This document shows positions 19,952 through 29,944 of a DNA stretch of 64,000 nt, one piece after another. A model generated the notes under the pieces. That model was not told where the DNA came from and made no database searches. It saw only the letters and a program-made list of their open reading frames with translations. The stretch is taken from the IMG/VR virus record IMGVR_UViG_3300045988_105796. The stretch is one strand, 5' to 3'. Source of the DNA: a virus. Within the stretch, counting starts at the first letter, position 1. The number at the start of each line of letters is the position of its first letter. Position numbers and translations under genes: made by a program.

Positions 19952-22042
19952 TTATCTTTTCTTATTTTTGTTGTTTCTATTCATAGAATCAGAATAATTA
20001 CGAGAGTGATATTTACCCTTTGGAATCTTATCCACAAAAATACCAAAGGTACCATTACTAACAGCTGTCATCTTACCCGTCTTCTTATCTACCTTTAGAT
20101 AGGCCTGTTTCATATGAGGCATATTAGGGTATTTCTTATTGTTATAATGTCTGAGAGCTATGTAATTGGTATATTTAGCTTTCTCCTTAGGATCTGTAAT
20201 CTTATCTCCGATAGCAGCTTCCTCAGCAGTCCAAGGTATATCTAAACAATCTTGCCATAATCTATTATCTGAGCCAGGTTTATAGCTTGGATGAGTATTA
20301 GCTGGAGATCTTGGATTAGTTCCCGTATTGCCTACTGGAGCTTTTCTAAAATCACTGGGCTTATTACCAACAGTAGCAGTAACTCTAGGCTTAACACTAT
20401 CTACAGTACTCTTCTTAGTATCTAATATAGTATGAGTACCTTGGGCACTAGATTTAGTAACCTGTCTTTGTAACTCTATATCACATATATATCCTTGACC
20501 AAATTCAAGGTTATGAGTTACAGTTTTTATATACCAGATTCCGGAATATTTTTTACCTACATTATATAAACCTATTTGTTGTGATATTTCTAAATCAGGA
20601 TTACCTACTACTCTGATAGTAGCTACTAATTGTTTCTCTCTAGCTCCTTTACCCATATTGTGTAAAGCATTCTTTACACCGTTCATAGCTCTACTTAAAT
20701 TCAAAGGACCTTTCTTAGGACCTCCTATTTTCCTGGGCATCATATCATGGATTAATTGAGAACCTGTAACATATACTGAATCTTTACCATATCCATAGTA
20801 AGTCAAATATATGGTTCCCCTTATCTTTTTCATAACTCCATATCCTACTGGATTGATATTCATACCGTTCCTATCTGAGGCTGAATGTTCTAAGGTACTA
20901 TCCTTTACATCCCATACAACATTAGTCACCTGGTAACTTTGTACTCTACAGGAGTTATGTACTCTATTATACCATCTAGATGTAGTTTTTTTAACTAATT
21001 GATCCTTGTAAGCTTCTAAACTTCCTGGCATATTATAATCCTGAGTTCCAGTACTTAGGATTATATGATGTTCTCCCCAGAAAGTCTCTGAATTTTTAGC
21101 AGGTATGTTAATCTTACTTGCCTTCTGAGTAGCTTCATTCAGGTAATACTGAGCTAATTGTTCTCCACCAGGAACATTAGCATATTGTAAATACATTTTA
21201 TAGGATAAATCTATAGTAGGATCTCTGTGTATCAATAATTGATATTGATCAGTTCTACTGGTATTACCATAAGCCCTGTTAGCTCTATCTTGTTTTTCTT
21301 TTTTAATTTGAGCAGGAGTTTTCTTATCATACTCCTTTCTCTTCTTCTTAGCATCCCAAGTAGCTTCTCTCCACCTATTTTCCACTTCCATTTTATTTTT
21401 TAGAAAGTTCCAATAGGAATTAGTATAACCATTATTCAACATGGTTTTTTCTATAGTATCGGTAGGTTCAATGATATGACCATTCTCTATCCTAAGGTTA
21501 CCATAGGTACCATCTGCCAAACCTCTAGTTGGTAAGTTTATATCCTCCTGAGGTAACTCATAGTTAGTAATAGCTTCTCCTACTTGAGTTAAAGCTTTAT
21601 CCAGGGCATTAACTACTGCTCCTAAACCAGCGAAAGGTTTGTATATCTCCTGTATAGTAAAAGAAGCAGATAAGAGTTCTCCATTCTCTCTCTGATAGGT
21701 ATAGTTATGTACAGTTCCTCTGGTATACTTTCTATTGTGAATATGTATGATTCCATCTCTAGAATCTATATACCATGGTCCATCCTTAAAAGCAGTAAAT
21801 TTTTTCTTTAACTGTACCAATACATTATTACCTGCAGTACCTAAAGTACTCTCTAAAATCTCTCTCAGAGATTCATCTGTAACACTAACCTCATTTACGC
21901 CAGAATACCGGTTAGCAAAGAGTATAGTACTTTTTGCAACCGGTTCATCTTTTAAGGTATAAGGTTGTATACTTTCGTAAGCTTGATTGCTTATTACTTT
22001 TTTAGTAGTATCTGAATTAGCCATCTTATTCAAACTTTTCAA
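19952..22042 (-). CDS. Baseplate hub protein (gpD / Mu gp44-like)
   Basis: 696-aa ORF immediately upstream of the spike gene. Called by synteny only. Confidence 0.45.
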   Translation of the reverse strand: MKSLNKMANSDTTKKVISNQAYESIQPYTLKDEPVAKSTILFANRYSGVNEVSVTDESLREILESTLGTAGNNVLVQLKKKFTAFKDGPWYIDSRDGIIHIHNRKYTRGTVHNYTYQRENGELLSASFTIQEIYKPFAGLGAVVNALDKALTQVGEAITNYELPQEDINLPTRGLADGTYGNLRIENGHIIEPTDTIEKTMLNNGYTNSYWNFLKNKMEVENRWREATWDAKKKRKEYDKKTPAQIKKEKQDRANRAYGNTSRTDQYQLLIHRDPTIDLSYKMYLQYANVPGGEQLAQYYLNEATQKASKINIPAKNSETFWGEHHIILSTGTQDYNMPGSLEAYKDQLVKKTTSRWYNRVHNSCRVQSYQVTNVVWDVKDSTLEHSASDRNGMNINPVGYGVMKKIRGTIYLTYYGYGKDSVYVTGSQLIHDMMPRKIGGPKKGPLNLSRAMNGVKNALHNMGKGAREKQLVATIRVVGNPDLEISQQIGLYNVGKKYSGIWYIKTVTHNLEFGQGYICDIELQRQVTKSSAQGTHTILDTKKSTVDSVKPRVTATVGNKPSDFRKAPVGNTGTNPRSPANTHPSYKPGSDNRLWQDCLDIPWTAEEAAIGDKITDPKEKAKYTNYIALRHYNNKKYPNMPHMKQAYLKVDKKTGKMTAVSNGTFGIFVDKIPKGKYHSRNYSDSMNRNNKNKKR

Positions 22043-22616
22043 TGATTATACCTACCTCGTTATTAAATCCACTTTCCATATATTTTAATAGGGTATGATC
22101 TTCTCCAGCAGGTCTAAAAGGTACAGAATGTCTTAAATCAGTAACTGAATCCTTGACTGAAAGTACTGCGTGAGTACCGGTTTCATCAAATGATTGATTT
22201 ACTTCGACTATCTTTAACCTTCTAGGTTTAGAAGACCTTACTTCTCCAGTAGGGAATATATAACCATACTGTACTATGATAGAATCTCCAGGCTGTATAT
22301 CTGATATATCTACTGTATCAGGATCTCCAGTATCTATTTGTATACTACCATAATCTTCTTTACCTTCGCTCATCTTTAATTGGAAAGAGGTTATATAAGC
22401 TCCTAAGGGTATCTGTGTTATAGGATTAACTAAAGCTCCTCCAGTTTGATCAAAGAAAGCTATGTAAGGTTCTGCCATACCCTCAAATAAATGAGGAAGG
22501 TCTGACTTACCTTCTTTAGCCTTATTTACCTGATCTTCCTTCTTAACATCTGAAGGAGCTTTTACATCCTTTTTAGAAGGAACAGGCTTTTTATTTACTA
22601 CTTTAGCTTTAACCAT
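22026..22616 (-). CDS. Tail/baseplate structural protein
   Basis: 196-aa ORF inside the tail operon. Confidence 0.5.
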   Translation of the reverse strand: MVKAKVVNKKPVPSKKDVKAPSDVKKEDQVNKAKEGKSDLPHLFEGMAEPYIAFFDQTGGALVNPITQIPLGAYITSFQLKMSEGKEDYGSIQIDTGDPDTVDISDIQPGDSIIVQYGYIFPTGEVRSSKPRRLKIVEVNQSFDETGTHAVLSVKDSVTDLRHSVPFRPAGEDHTLLKYMESGFNNEVGIIIEKFE

Positions 22617-22617
22617 G

Positions 22618-22875
22618 TTACATAGGTATTATTAATAAATTTCCTATACTTAAATCAAAGGGATCTATTATCCCATTATAATCAGCGATATCTGACCATC
22701 TAGAGGAGTTTCCATAATATTTATTAGAAATACTTTGGAGAGTTTCACCTTCTACTACTATGTGTTGTATACCACTAGAAGTAAAATCTATATCCTCAGA
22801 TCTTTCTAAACTATAATCTCCTTCTAGATAGTCTAGCTGATAAGCTCGAGTGTTATCATAAGGTCCTTCTATCAT
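22618..22875 (-). CDS. LysM-domain tail protein (P2 gpX-like)
   Basis: LysM motif HIVVEGETLQSISNKYYGNSSRWSDIADYNGIIDPFDLSIGNLLIIP. Confidence 0.7.
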   Translation of the reverse strand: MIEGPYDNTRAYQLDYLEGDYSLERSEDIDFTSSGIQHIVVEGETLQSISNKYYGNSSRWSDIADYNGIIDPFDLSIGNLLIIPM

Positions 22876-23861
22876 ATATTTATTCCTTTCGTTTTCTTTA
22901 ATACATCAGGATTTATAATATCCTCATACAGTAAATTTCTTGCACTGGTACGTTTGAATATTAACTCTTGAGTAGCAAGTGATGGATTCATATTAGCCTT
23001 TACATAACCTTTAGCTCTAACTATCTGATTATTATCATCTTTGATTAAGGAATCATTTCTCCAACCAGATAATTTATATGAAGCAGATTGTAATATCCAA
23101 TAATACTGAGTACCTTCAGATATTTTAGTCTGGCCATCTTTCTGTAAGTTAGAGAACATACCAGAATCTCCAAACATAATTTGTAGTAGTGGAGGAGATT
23201 GTTGATATCCGTTTGATTTACTCCACATCTCTAATAACCTACATTTAGCTAATACATCTTGAGGATTAGCTCTATCATTGCTGTACCAAGATATACTAAA
23301 TTGTAATGTAGTTTCTGAACCTGTATAATGATACATAGGAGTATTTCTACCCATAGAATTTATAACTGCCCATGTACCTTCTGAGTTAATTTCAAGTTCT
23401 TTAGGTACAGTTTGTAATTCTATGTACTGTACAGGGTTTGAAAACCAGTTGAATATTAATATCTGAGGTTTTGTTATATTCCGGGCTTCATCTCCATTAA
23501 TGTTTAGTAGCTGTCTTTCACTACTATCTTTGAAATGTATAGTTGGAGCTTTGGTATATTTTTCATCTAGTTCCCTGGCAATTTTATTTAGAGTAGAATA
23601 TTTACCTTTATTAATAGGAGAATAACTTTGACCTTGTGAAGGCTTCCTATAAGAAGGTTTAACATTCTCATTAGGTATTTTTTTATCAATATGATCTTTT
23701 GCTCCAGGTCTAGTTACTCTATCAAGTAAAATCTTAGCTCTCCACAACTTATTAGCCTCACTAGTGAGTACTGTAGATACAGTATCTTTACTAGTGAGGT
23801 CATTTACTCTATCAAATTCTCGGCCAAGTTTCTTACGGCCTTTTAATATTATATTTGCCAT
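22872..23861 (-). CDS. Tail protein downstream of the tape measure (Mu gp43-like position)
   Basis: Called by synteny only. Confidence 0.45.
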   Translation of the reverse strand: MANIILKGRKKLGREFDRVNDLTSKDTVSTVLTSEANKLWRAKILLDRVTRPGAKDHIDKKIPNENVKPSYRKPSQGQSYSPINKGKYSTLNKIARELDEKYTKAPTIHFKDSSERQLLNINGDEARNITKPQILIFNWFSNPVQYIELQTVPKELEINSEGTWAVINSMGRNTPMYHYTGSETTLQFSISWYSNDRANPQDVLAKCRLLEMWSKSNGYQQSPPLLQIMFGDSGMFSNLQKDGQTKISEGTQYYWILQSASYKLSGWRNDSLIKDDNNQIVRAKGYVKANMNPSLATQELIFKRTSARNLLYEDIINPDVLKKTKGINI

Positions 23862-23872
23862 TTCATATAGTT

Positions 23873-25969
23873 TTACATACCATAATCATCCATATCGATA
23901 TTAGGAGAAGGCATATTAACACTTGCATGATCTCCATCAGAAAATGTACCAATAGGCTTACTATTCAAATCAATACTGATTGAAGCAGATTTACCTTGTG
24001 TGATAGCTCTAACTAATTCGGCATCTCTTTGAGCTTGTCTTTGTTCTGCAGATCTTTCTTCTTGTTCTTTACTGTGACTTTCTCCAAACCAATCTTTCAC
24101 TAAATTGAATATACCTGGTAAGAAACTTACAGCTAAAGAAAGACCCATACCCCAAGGACCCATTAAGAAACCTAAACTCTTAGTAGCAATGCTAGCTAAA
24201 CCAGCTCCAGCTCTAGCTAAGGGAACAGCTACGCTTCTAGATAATACTCTTGGTAAAGCACTATTGATAGATCTGTATAAGGGTGTACCATATCTAGCTG
24301 CAGAAGCTACTGATGAAGCTGTAGTAGCTCCAGCTCTAGAACTAGCTACAGCTCCTACCATTAAAGCTTCACTTGGACTTACTATAGTTCCACCCTTAGC
24401 TCCAGATAAAGCTCTATGACCCTTAGCTACTCTATACTCTAATCGGCCATTCTTATTAATCATAGCTACATAACCAGGATTCAAAGGCATCATATTACCC
24501 TTAGAACCTACCATACCAACTCCAGTAGACATACCTTGTACAGTAGCCATTCTGGTTAATATCTGTAAACTAGCAAATAAATGTTGTTCCATTTGCTGAG
24601 TAGAGATATTAGCTGCTTGCATGTTAGTTCTCATAACTCCAGTAGAAGTACCCATTCTAAAGGTATTCTGGGAAATTCTACGAGCTCCCATTACTAACCA
24701 TCCAAAGATAGCTCTAAGAGTTATAAATCCAGTTAACCAAGTAGTTCCACCAAGTAGTATCTTTCCTAAACCAGTACCAGCAAAACTATTGAAAACCTGT
24801 AATAGTGATGAGATATTATTGAAGAAAGGTATAAATACTTCATTCAAAGATTTACCTACAGTCACCTTCAAGTTTTCCCATGAAGATTCTAGCATTTTTA
24901 TAGAACCTTCTGGAGTTTTCATATAATCCTCCATGGTTTGCTCTGTCCAACCTTTACCATCAGAAGCATGGTTGAGCTTATCCATGATTTGGAAATAATT
25001 ACCATTAGTTTGGTAATCCTGTACCAAAGAGTACATAGCTCGAATACCTCTCTGACCAAATAAATTGAAGTAAGTCTGATACATATCTACAGAGCTCATA
25101 CCTTTAGTCTTATCAGAAATAATTTGAATAATTTCTGCCATAGACTTAAGATGACCCTCTGCTGTAGTTAAATCCTTAGGAGCTAATCCTAAAGCTTTCA
25201 ATGTAGCAGCTCCACCTTTCGATTGACCTGATAAAGCTTTGTTGAACATATTCAAAGCATTAGCTAAAGCAGTACCAGCCATAGATCCCTGAATACCACT
25301 GTTACCTAATACTCCAATAGAAGCTACCATTTCCTTAAGATCCAATCCAGACATTCTAGCTGTTGCTCCAGCATATTTTACTGCCTGTGCCAAATCTTGC
25401 ATACTGGTATTAGCAGAAGTTACACCAACACCCATGATATCTGCTACGTTCTTAGCTTTACTTGGATCAAGGTTATACATAGACATGACATTAGTCATCA
25501 AGTCTGCAGTACCTCCCTTTTGACCCATAGGCATACTAAAGATAGCAGCTAACTGAGCAGCAGGTTCTACTGCTCCTTTAATCTGTTCAAAACCCATACC
25601 AGCCATAGCCATAAACTTCTGACCAGAAGTGATATCCATAGCTGTTAGAGGGTTTCTAATATTAATATCCTGTGCCTGTTTCAATAGAGCAACCGAGTGA
25701 TCTACTCCATCGTTGATCATCTTATTTGTAAGGAAGGAGTTAGCTTGTACCTTTGCCGAATATTCAAAAGTAGATTCCAATCCTTTCAATATCTGCATAC
25801 CAGTAGCAGCAGTATTAGCAAAACTAGATTGAGCATCGTAGGCAGTTTGGGTAATACCGTTCATCATGTTATTCCATGATCTCATAATATTACCCGCAGG
25901 AGATGTAAACTGATCCCTTAGAGACATTTGTATACCAACATCTACTAAGGCTGAATTAGATCCGAACAT
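23873..25969 (-). CDS. Tail tape measure protein
   Basis: 698 aa, Gly/Ala/Met/Ser-rich with hydrophobic segments. It lies directly after the frameshifted chaperone. Confidence 0.8.
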   Translation of the reverse strand: MFGSNSALVDVGIQMSLRDQFTSPAGNIMRSWNNMMNGITQTAYDAQSSFANTAATGMQILKGLESTFEYSAKVQANSFLTNKMINDGVDHSVALLKQAQDINIRNPLTAMDITSGQKFMAMAGMGFEQIKGAVEPAAQLAAIFSMPMGQKGGTADLMTNVMSMYNLDPSKAKNVADIMGVGVTSANTSMQDLAQAVKYAGATARMSGLDLKEMVASIGVLGNSGIQGSMAGTALANALNMFNKALSGQSKGGAATLKALGLAPKDLTTAEGHLKSMAEIIQIISDKTKGMSSVDMYQTYFNLFGQRGIRAMYSLVQDYQTNGNYFQIMDKLNHASDGKGWTEQTMEDYMKTPEGSIKMLESSWENLKVTVGKSLNEVFIPFFNNISSLLQVFNSFAGTGLGKILLGGTTWLTGFITLRAIFGWLVMGARRISQNTFRMGTSTGVMRTNMQAANISTQQMEQHLFASLQILTRMATVQGMSTGVGMVGSKGNMMPLNPGYVAMINKNGRLEYRVAKGHRALSGAKGGTIVSPSEALMVGAVASSRAGATTASSVASAARYGTPLYRSINSALPRVLSRSVAVPLARAGAGLASIATKSLGFLMGPWGMGLSLAVSFLPGIFNLVKDWFGESHSKEQEERSAEQRQAQRDAELVRAITQGKSASISIDLNSKPIGTFSDGDHASVNMPSPNIDMDDYGM

Positions 25970-26969
25970 TATTTTAATTTCTTAGCGTTTTCTCTCTGAT
26001 GTTCATAAAAAGCATCAGCAAATATTTTGAATTTATCTCGTACTCTTAACGGAAGACGTAAAAAGCAGAAATAATCTCCTACGTTTATTTCTGCTCTTTG
26101 TAAATACATAAATTGATTTACTAAAGGGATTGCCCTTGGTATACCCTTTTTAATACAGGTTTCATCGGATAACCCCTCAGCATCTTCATTTACGCTTCCG
26201 TTGGAAAGAAAAAATGAGGAGCTCCAAGTATAGGGAAGTTCTCCTTTTCATGAGTTCTTGGATTCTCAATCTCAGTTGTACCTGGCCAAATAGGATCTAT
26301 CTTATGTACAATAGCTCTCATTTCTGCCATCTCTCTGATACTGAATAGAGAGAATTGTTGTACATTATCCCATCTACCATTTACCTCTAATTGTAAACCT
26401 CTTGCAAGTAGTTCTACATTTCTAGTTTGTTTATCTGGAGATAATTGTAAAGCCCAAGATTCCGCATTACCATCCATGAGATTGAATTTAATTCTCTTAC
26501 CCGTAGACAGAGTAACCTCATAGTTCTTGAAATTAATCTGTCTCAATAACTCTAAATCTTCATAAGGTTTAATAGCCTCAGGTTTAGATTCTAGAGCATT
26601 TTCATCTACATTACTATAATCATCAAAGATAAACTCTTCTAGATTCTGCTCATAATAAGTAGGAGTACTTTCTAATGGCCAAGTATATGCAAAGTCTAAC
26701 ATATTTCCTAAAGAGAAGATTCTTACCTGAATCAAGATAGCATATCTATCTCTAATAGGTAAATTTAGGGCATCTTGAGGAGTTAACTTACCTGAAGCAG
26801 TGAAGTCTGTTTTAGTTACTACTCTTGAAATGAAGTTAGTAATGTTCATCAAGTTAGCTGCATCAGCCTGGTTTGATAATACCTCTTCATCCTCTCCATT
26901 TTCCTCTCTGATTGTGTAACTGTAGCCTGTAGGGCCAATAAAAGTTTTTGTTAAAATGTGATCTTCCAT
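25969..26969 (-). CDS. Tail assembly chaperone, long form made by a -1 programmed ribosomal frameshift
   Basis: After a slip at T_TTT_TTC the -1 frame stays open for about 79 codons (FFLSNGSVNEDAEGLSDETCIKKG...HQRENAKKLK). It stops at a TAA that overlaps the tape-measure ATG (TAATG). Confidence 0.6.
26190..26969 (-). CDS. Tail assembly chaperone (short, frame-0 product)
   Basis: Lies between the tube and tape measure genes. It ends ...GAPHFFFPTEA, just after a slippery heptamer. Confidence 0.65.
   Translation of the reverse strand: MEDHILTKTFIGPTGYSYTIREENGEDEEVLSNQADAANLMNITNFISRVVTKTDFTASGKLTPQDALNLPIRDRYAILIQVRIFSLGNMLDFAYTWPLESTPTYYEQNLEEFIFDDYSNVDENALESKPEAIKPYEDLELLRQINFKNYEVTLSTGKRIKFNLMDGNAESWALQLSPDKQTRNVELLARGLQLEVNGRWDNVQQFSLFSIREMAEMRAIVHKIDPIWPGTTEIENPRTHEKENFPILGAPHFFFPTEA
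26208..26214 (-). promoter_or_regulatory. -1 frameshift slippery heptamer T_TTT_TTC
   Basis: The frame-0 codons are CAT TTT TTC. This fits X_XXY_YYZ exactly, 5 codons before the frame-0 stop. Confidence 0.6.
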
Positions 26970-27000
26970 TTGATGTCTTGTTTAAGTTGATTATAAATCG

Positions 27001-27034
27001 AAAAAAGGGAGTAGGATCTAATGACCTTACTCCC
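27001..27034 (-). terminator. Rho-independent terminator after the tail tube gene
   Basis: Stem GGGAGTAGG / CCTTACTCCC (one bulge), followed on the minus strand by TTTTTT. Confidence 0.6.
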
Positions 27035-27041
27035 AGTATTT

Positions 27042-27506
27042 TTAATATTTATCCATAGTACCTACAGAGAACTCTATTTTTTCAATAGTATTCTCTGAAG
27101 CAGTTCTATCAAAGTCTAGTCCAGTAATCTTCTTTGGCCATACTTCTGCATAAGAATGAGTATTTAGGATAGTTTTACCATCCTCAGCCAATTCGTTTAC
27201 AAGTACATTACACCAGTAATCTGTAGGTACTAGACCACCACCAAGAATATGATCCTGGCATGAGAATAACCAATCCCATACCCAAGTATCAGATCCTGAA
27301 GTAGTACATAATTTCTCTACGATAAGAGTACCTATCTTAACTCTACCTGCAGTTTTTACATCCCTGTTGATATCTCCATGTTCTACCTCATCTATTGTAA
27401 GATCTGGTAAACTACATTTCTGACACAGATATGGGTTAATAGGATGTTCTGCAAATTGAAGGCTCCATAGGAACTTCTTACGTGGGTTTTTTACCTTTGC
27501 TCCCAT
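27042..27506 (-). CDS. Tail tube protein
   Basis: 154 aa, immediately downstream of the sheath gene. Confidence 0.65.
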   Translation of the reverse strand: MGAKVKNPRKKFLWSLQFAEHPINPYLCQKCSLPDLTIDEVEHGDINRDVKTAGRVKIGTLIVEKLCTTSGSDTWVWDWLFSCQDHILGGGLVPTDYWCNVLVNELAEDGKTILNTHSYAEVWPKKITGLDFDRTASENTIEKIEFSVGTMDKY

Positions 27507-27508
27507 AC

Positions 27509-29197
27509 TTATTTATCTCCTTTTGGTTTATTACTTAATGATACATCGATTGCTTTAACACTAGAATCGATAGAAAGAGTAATAGTAATCTCCTGCAAAG
27601 CCGTTACATCCTTGAATGAGAATACTACTTTGTATTTACCCTGTCTTACATCGGCTTGGTTATTAACTACCAAACTATCCCAAGAAGTAGCATCTTGATC
27701 ACCCTGCCACTTAGGATCAGTTAGATCATTATTATCTACCCACTGAGTAAGATACTTCTGTACTTCAAGGTAAATTCTAGACCAAGTACTCCAATGATTT
27801 GGTTCCTCTAGATACTGATCAAGTATAGGTCTTAGAGTCTTCTTAATATTCAGGATAAGGCCTGTATTACCTAAGAATCTAAAAGAATCCTTCTTAACTT
27901 GATCTGTGAAGTTATGCCATAGAACAGTTCTCTTACCATAGGAAGCAGTATCCTTGATTACAAATAGGTTGATACATTCATTAGCTAAGCTATTGAGAGT
28001 ATCAAATCTACCTGCAGAACCGTAGTTTACAGAAGCTGGACCATTAGCATCGATTACTACTCCACGATTCAAACCTGCAAATGAACGACTATAGCTGTAA
28101 GTAGATCCACTTGAATCAGCTAAACCTAATACAGTACCGAGTACATCTGAAGGCTGGAGTATACCATAATCGTTGGTATATAAAAGACCAGCACCATAAT
28201 AAGAAATCCACTTAGAATGTCCAATAGCAGAAGCAATTTGATTTTTATAGTTAATCATATCCTCTGCCTTCATTAGGTCAGTGGTTCCTACCTTATACTT
28301 TGGAATCTCAATATAGAACTGGAACTCAGATAGGCTATCTACTATATCCTTAGCTGCTTTATATACTTTAATAAGCTCTGCCTGAGCTAAGTGCTGATGA
28401 GCATGAGATAAAGCTAGATGATATGAATCAAGGTAATCACGAGCATTATCTAAAGCATCTATCCACTCTTTAGAAGTAGGAGCAGATGTTTCTGAAGTAC
28501 CTATGGTGTAGGTATTAGTAGCTGTAAGAGTTACAGTTACATTATTACGAGAACCATCGATCTTTGACAACCAGTTTAATACTGCTTCTACAGAACTGAG
28601 TGATTTACTAGGTTCATTATCTGGAGATACAATAATCTTCAAATAAGGATTATTGGCAATAAAATTACTTAGGCTAAGGTAATCTACGGAAGTATTATTA
28701 TTAGCATCTGAGTTCTGATATACTAAAATAACTCCTGTGTCTAGTACTGTACCATCTGCTCCAACTACAGAATAATTTACAGTATTACCATCTAGCTTAG
28801 TAGTTACTACAAATTCATTACCACTACCAATTGGATCTCCATTGCTTCTAGTAACAGCCTTAAGTGTTACACTTTGACCATTGCAAACGATTTTTAATAG
28901 AGAATCCGTTGAAGCAGTTTTTACTTTTCCAGGAGCAGCTCCTGGACCAACTACTCTAATGATTCTAAGTTTTGAACCACCTCTTAAGGCAGTTTCAATG
29001 TTTGAGATAGAACCATCTGGTACTACCTCTTTTCCGTAAATTCGATGAAACTGTGGAACTGATGTGATTAGTACTGAAGGATCCTTTGCAGGTCCTTTAG
29101 TAGTACGAGCCAAAACAGTAGATATACCAGTAGTCACAGAACTTTGTTCAACATTACGGTTTATAATATCGAACTTAACTTGCGGTGTATTAGGCAT
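27509..29197 (-). CDS. Contractile tail sheath protein
   Basis: 562 aa, first gene of the sheath-tube-chaperone-tape measure series. Confidence 0.75.
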   Translation of the reverse strand: MPNTPQVKFDIINRNVEQSSVTTGISTVLARTTKGPAKDPSVLITSVPQFHRIYGKEVVPDGSISNIETALRGGSKLRIIRVVGPGAAPGKVKTASTDSLLKIVCNGQSVTLKAVTRSNGDPIGSGNEFVVTTKLDGNTVNYSVVGADGTVLDTGVILVYQNSDANNNTSVDYLSLSNFIANNPYLKIIVSPDNEPSKSLSSVEAVLNWLSKIDGSRNNVTVTLTATNTYTIGTSETSAPTSKEWIDALDNARDYLDSYHLALSHAHQHLAQAELIKVYKAAKDIVDSLSEFQFYIEIPKYKVGTTDLMKAEDMINYKNQIASAIGHSKWISYYGAGLLYTNDYGILQPSDVLGTVLGLADSSGSTYSYSRSFAGLNRGVVIDANGPASVNYGSAGRFDTLNSLANECINLFVIKDTASYGKRTVLWHNFTDQVKKDSFRFLGNTGLILNIKKTLRPILDQYLEEPNHWSTWSRIYLEVQKYLTQWVDNNDLTDPKWQGDQDATSWDSLVVNNQADVRQGKYKVVFSFKDVTALQEITITLSIDSSVKAIDVSLSNKPKGDK

Positions 29198-29245
29198 ATT
29201 TTTAATGTTAAAAGTTTGTTTATATAAAATGTTTTGAGTATCGTT

Positions 29246-29941
29246 TTATCTTTGTATTTCGATGTTTAGTTGAGATTCTTTTAATAAGCAACTAATATCT
29301 TTGATTTGAGTAATGTTAGTTTCGGTAATTTTAGTCATTATCAAACCATCTCTTACAGTATAAGTATATACTTTTTCTAACAACCCATGATCTAAATTCT
29401 GATGATCATAATAATTACCTACTTCTATATATAGATTACCTGAAGGACTGATCTTTTGTTTTCTCCACTCTTCTAAGGTTTGATTTATGTAAGGAGTTAT
29501 ATAACCTCTAGCAGGTAAAGCCGTATACATTATATGATGTAGAGTTCTCATCTCAGGTTCAGTCTGAGAACATAGATGTACATCAATTAATATATCTTTA
29601 GTCTCATAACCTAAATCAATTATGTTAGTATTATCTTCATCAAAATCTTCTTTCTCTAATCCTATACTTCCGGGATAATAAGACTTTAATTCTAAAGTAA
29701 TACGAGGGACATCTTTGATACCTCTAGACTGATTATTACCTATACCAAAAACACTTATAAATTTACTACCTATAGCTTCTCTATCCTGATTATACTTTCT
29801 TTCTCCTTCCAAAGTAGGTATAGGAGGATTCTTAGTCATATCAAGATAATCAGTAGGATTTATAGTCAAACCTCGTTTAATGGTTTCATTTAATAGAGCA
29901 ATGTAAAAAGTACGCTCTACAATTTCTTGTGATTCTATCAT
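29246..29941 (-). CDS. Neck / tail-completion structural protein (hypothetical)
   Basis: Lies between the head and tail modules. Confidence 0.5.
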   Translation of the reverse strand: MIESQEIVERTFYIALLNETIKRGLTINPTDYLDMTKNPPIPTLEGERKYNQDREAIGSKFISVFGIGNNQSRGIKDVPRITLELKSYYPGSIGLEKEDFDEDNTNIIDLGYETKDILIDVHLCSQTEPEMRTLHHIMYTALPARGYITPYINQTLEEWRKQKISPSGNLYIEVGNYYDHQNLDHGLLEKVYTYTVRDGLIMTKITETNITQIKDISCLLKESQLNIEIQR

Positions 29942-29944
29942 AAT

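Noticed and set aside
2357-24926. Plus-strand ORFs antisense to long minus-strand genes (for example 2357-2602, 5928-6128, 8143-8412, 11118-11384, 14389-14691, 17230-17505, 17708-17935, 19454-19666, 21747-21962, 24105-24419, 24621-24926)
   Set aside because: Each lies antisense within a longer, functionally recognisable ORF and has no promoter cassette. They are treated as chance antisense frames.
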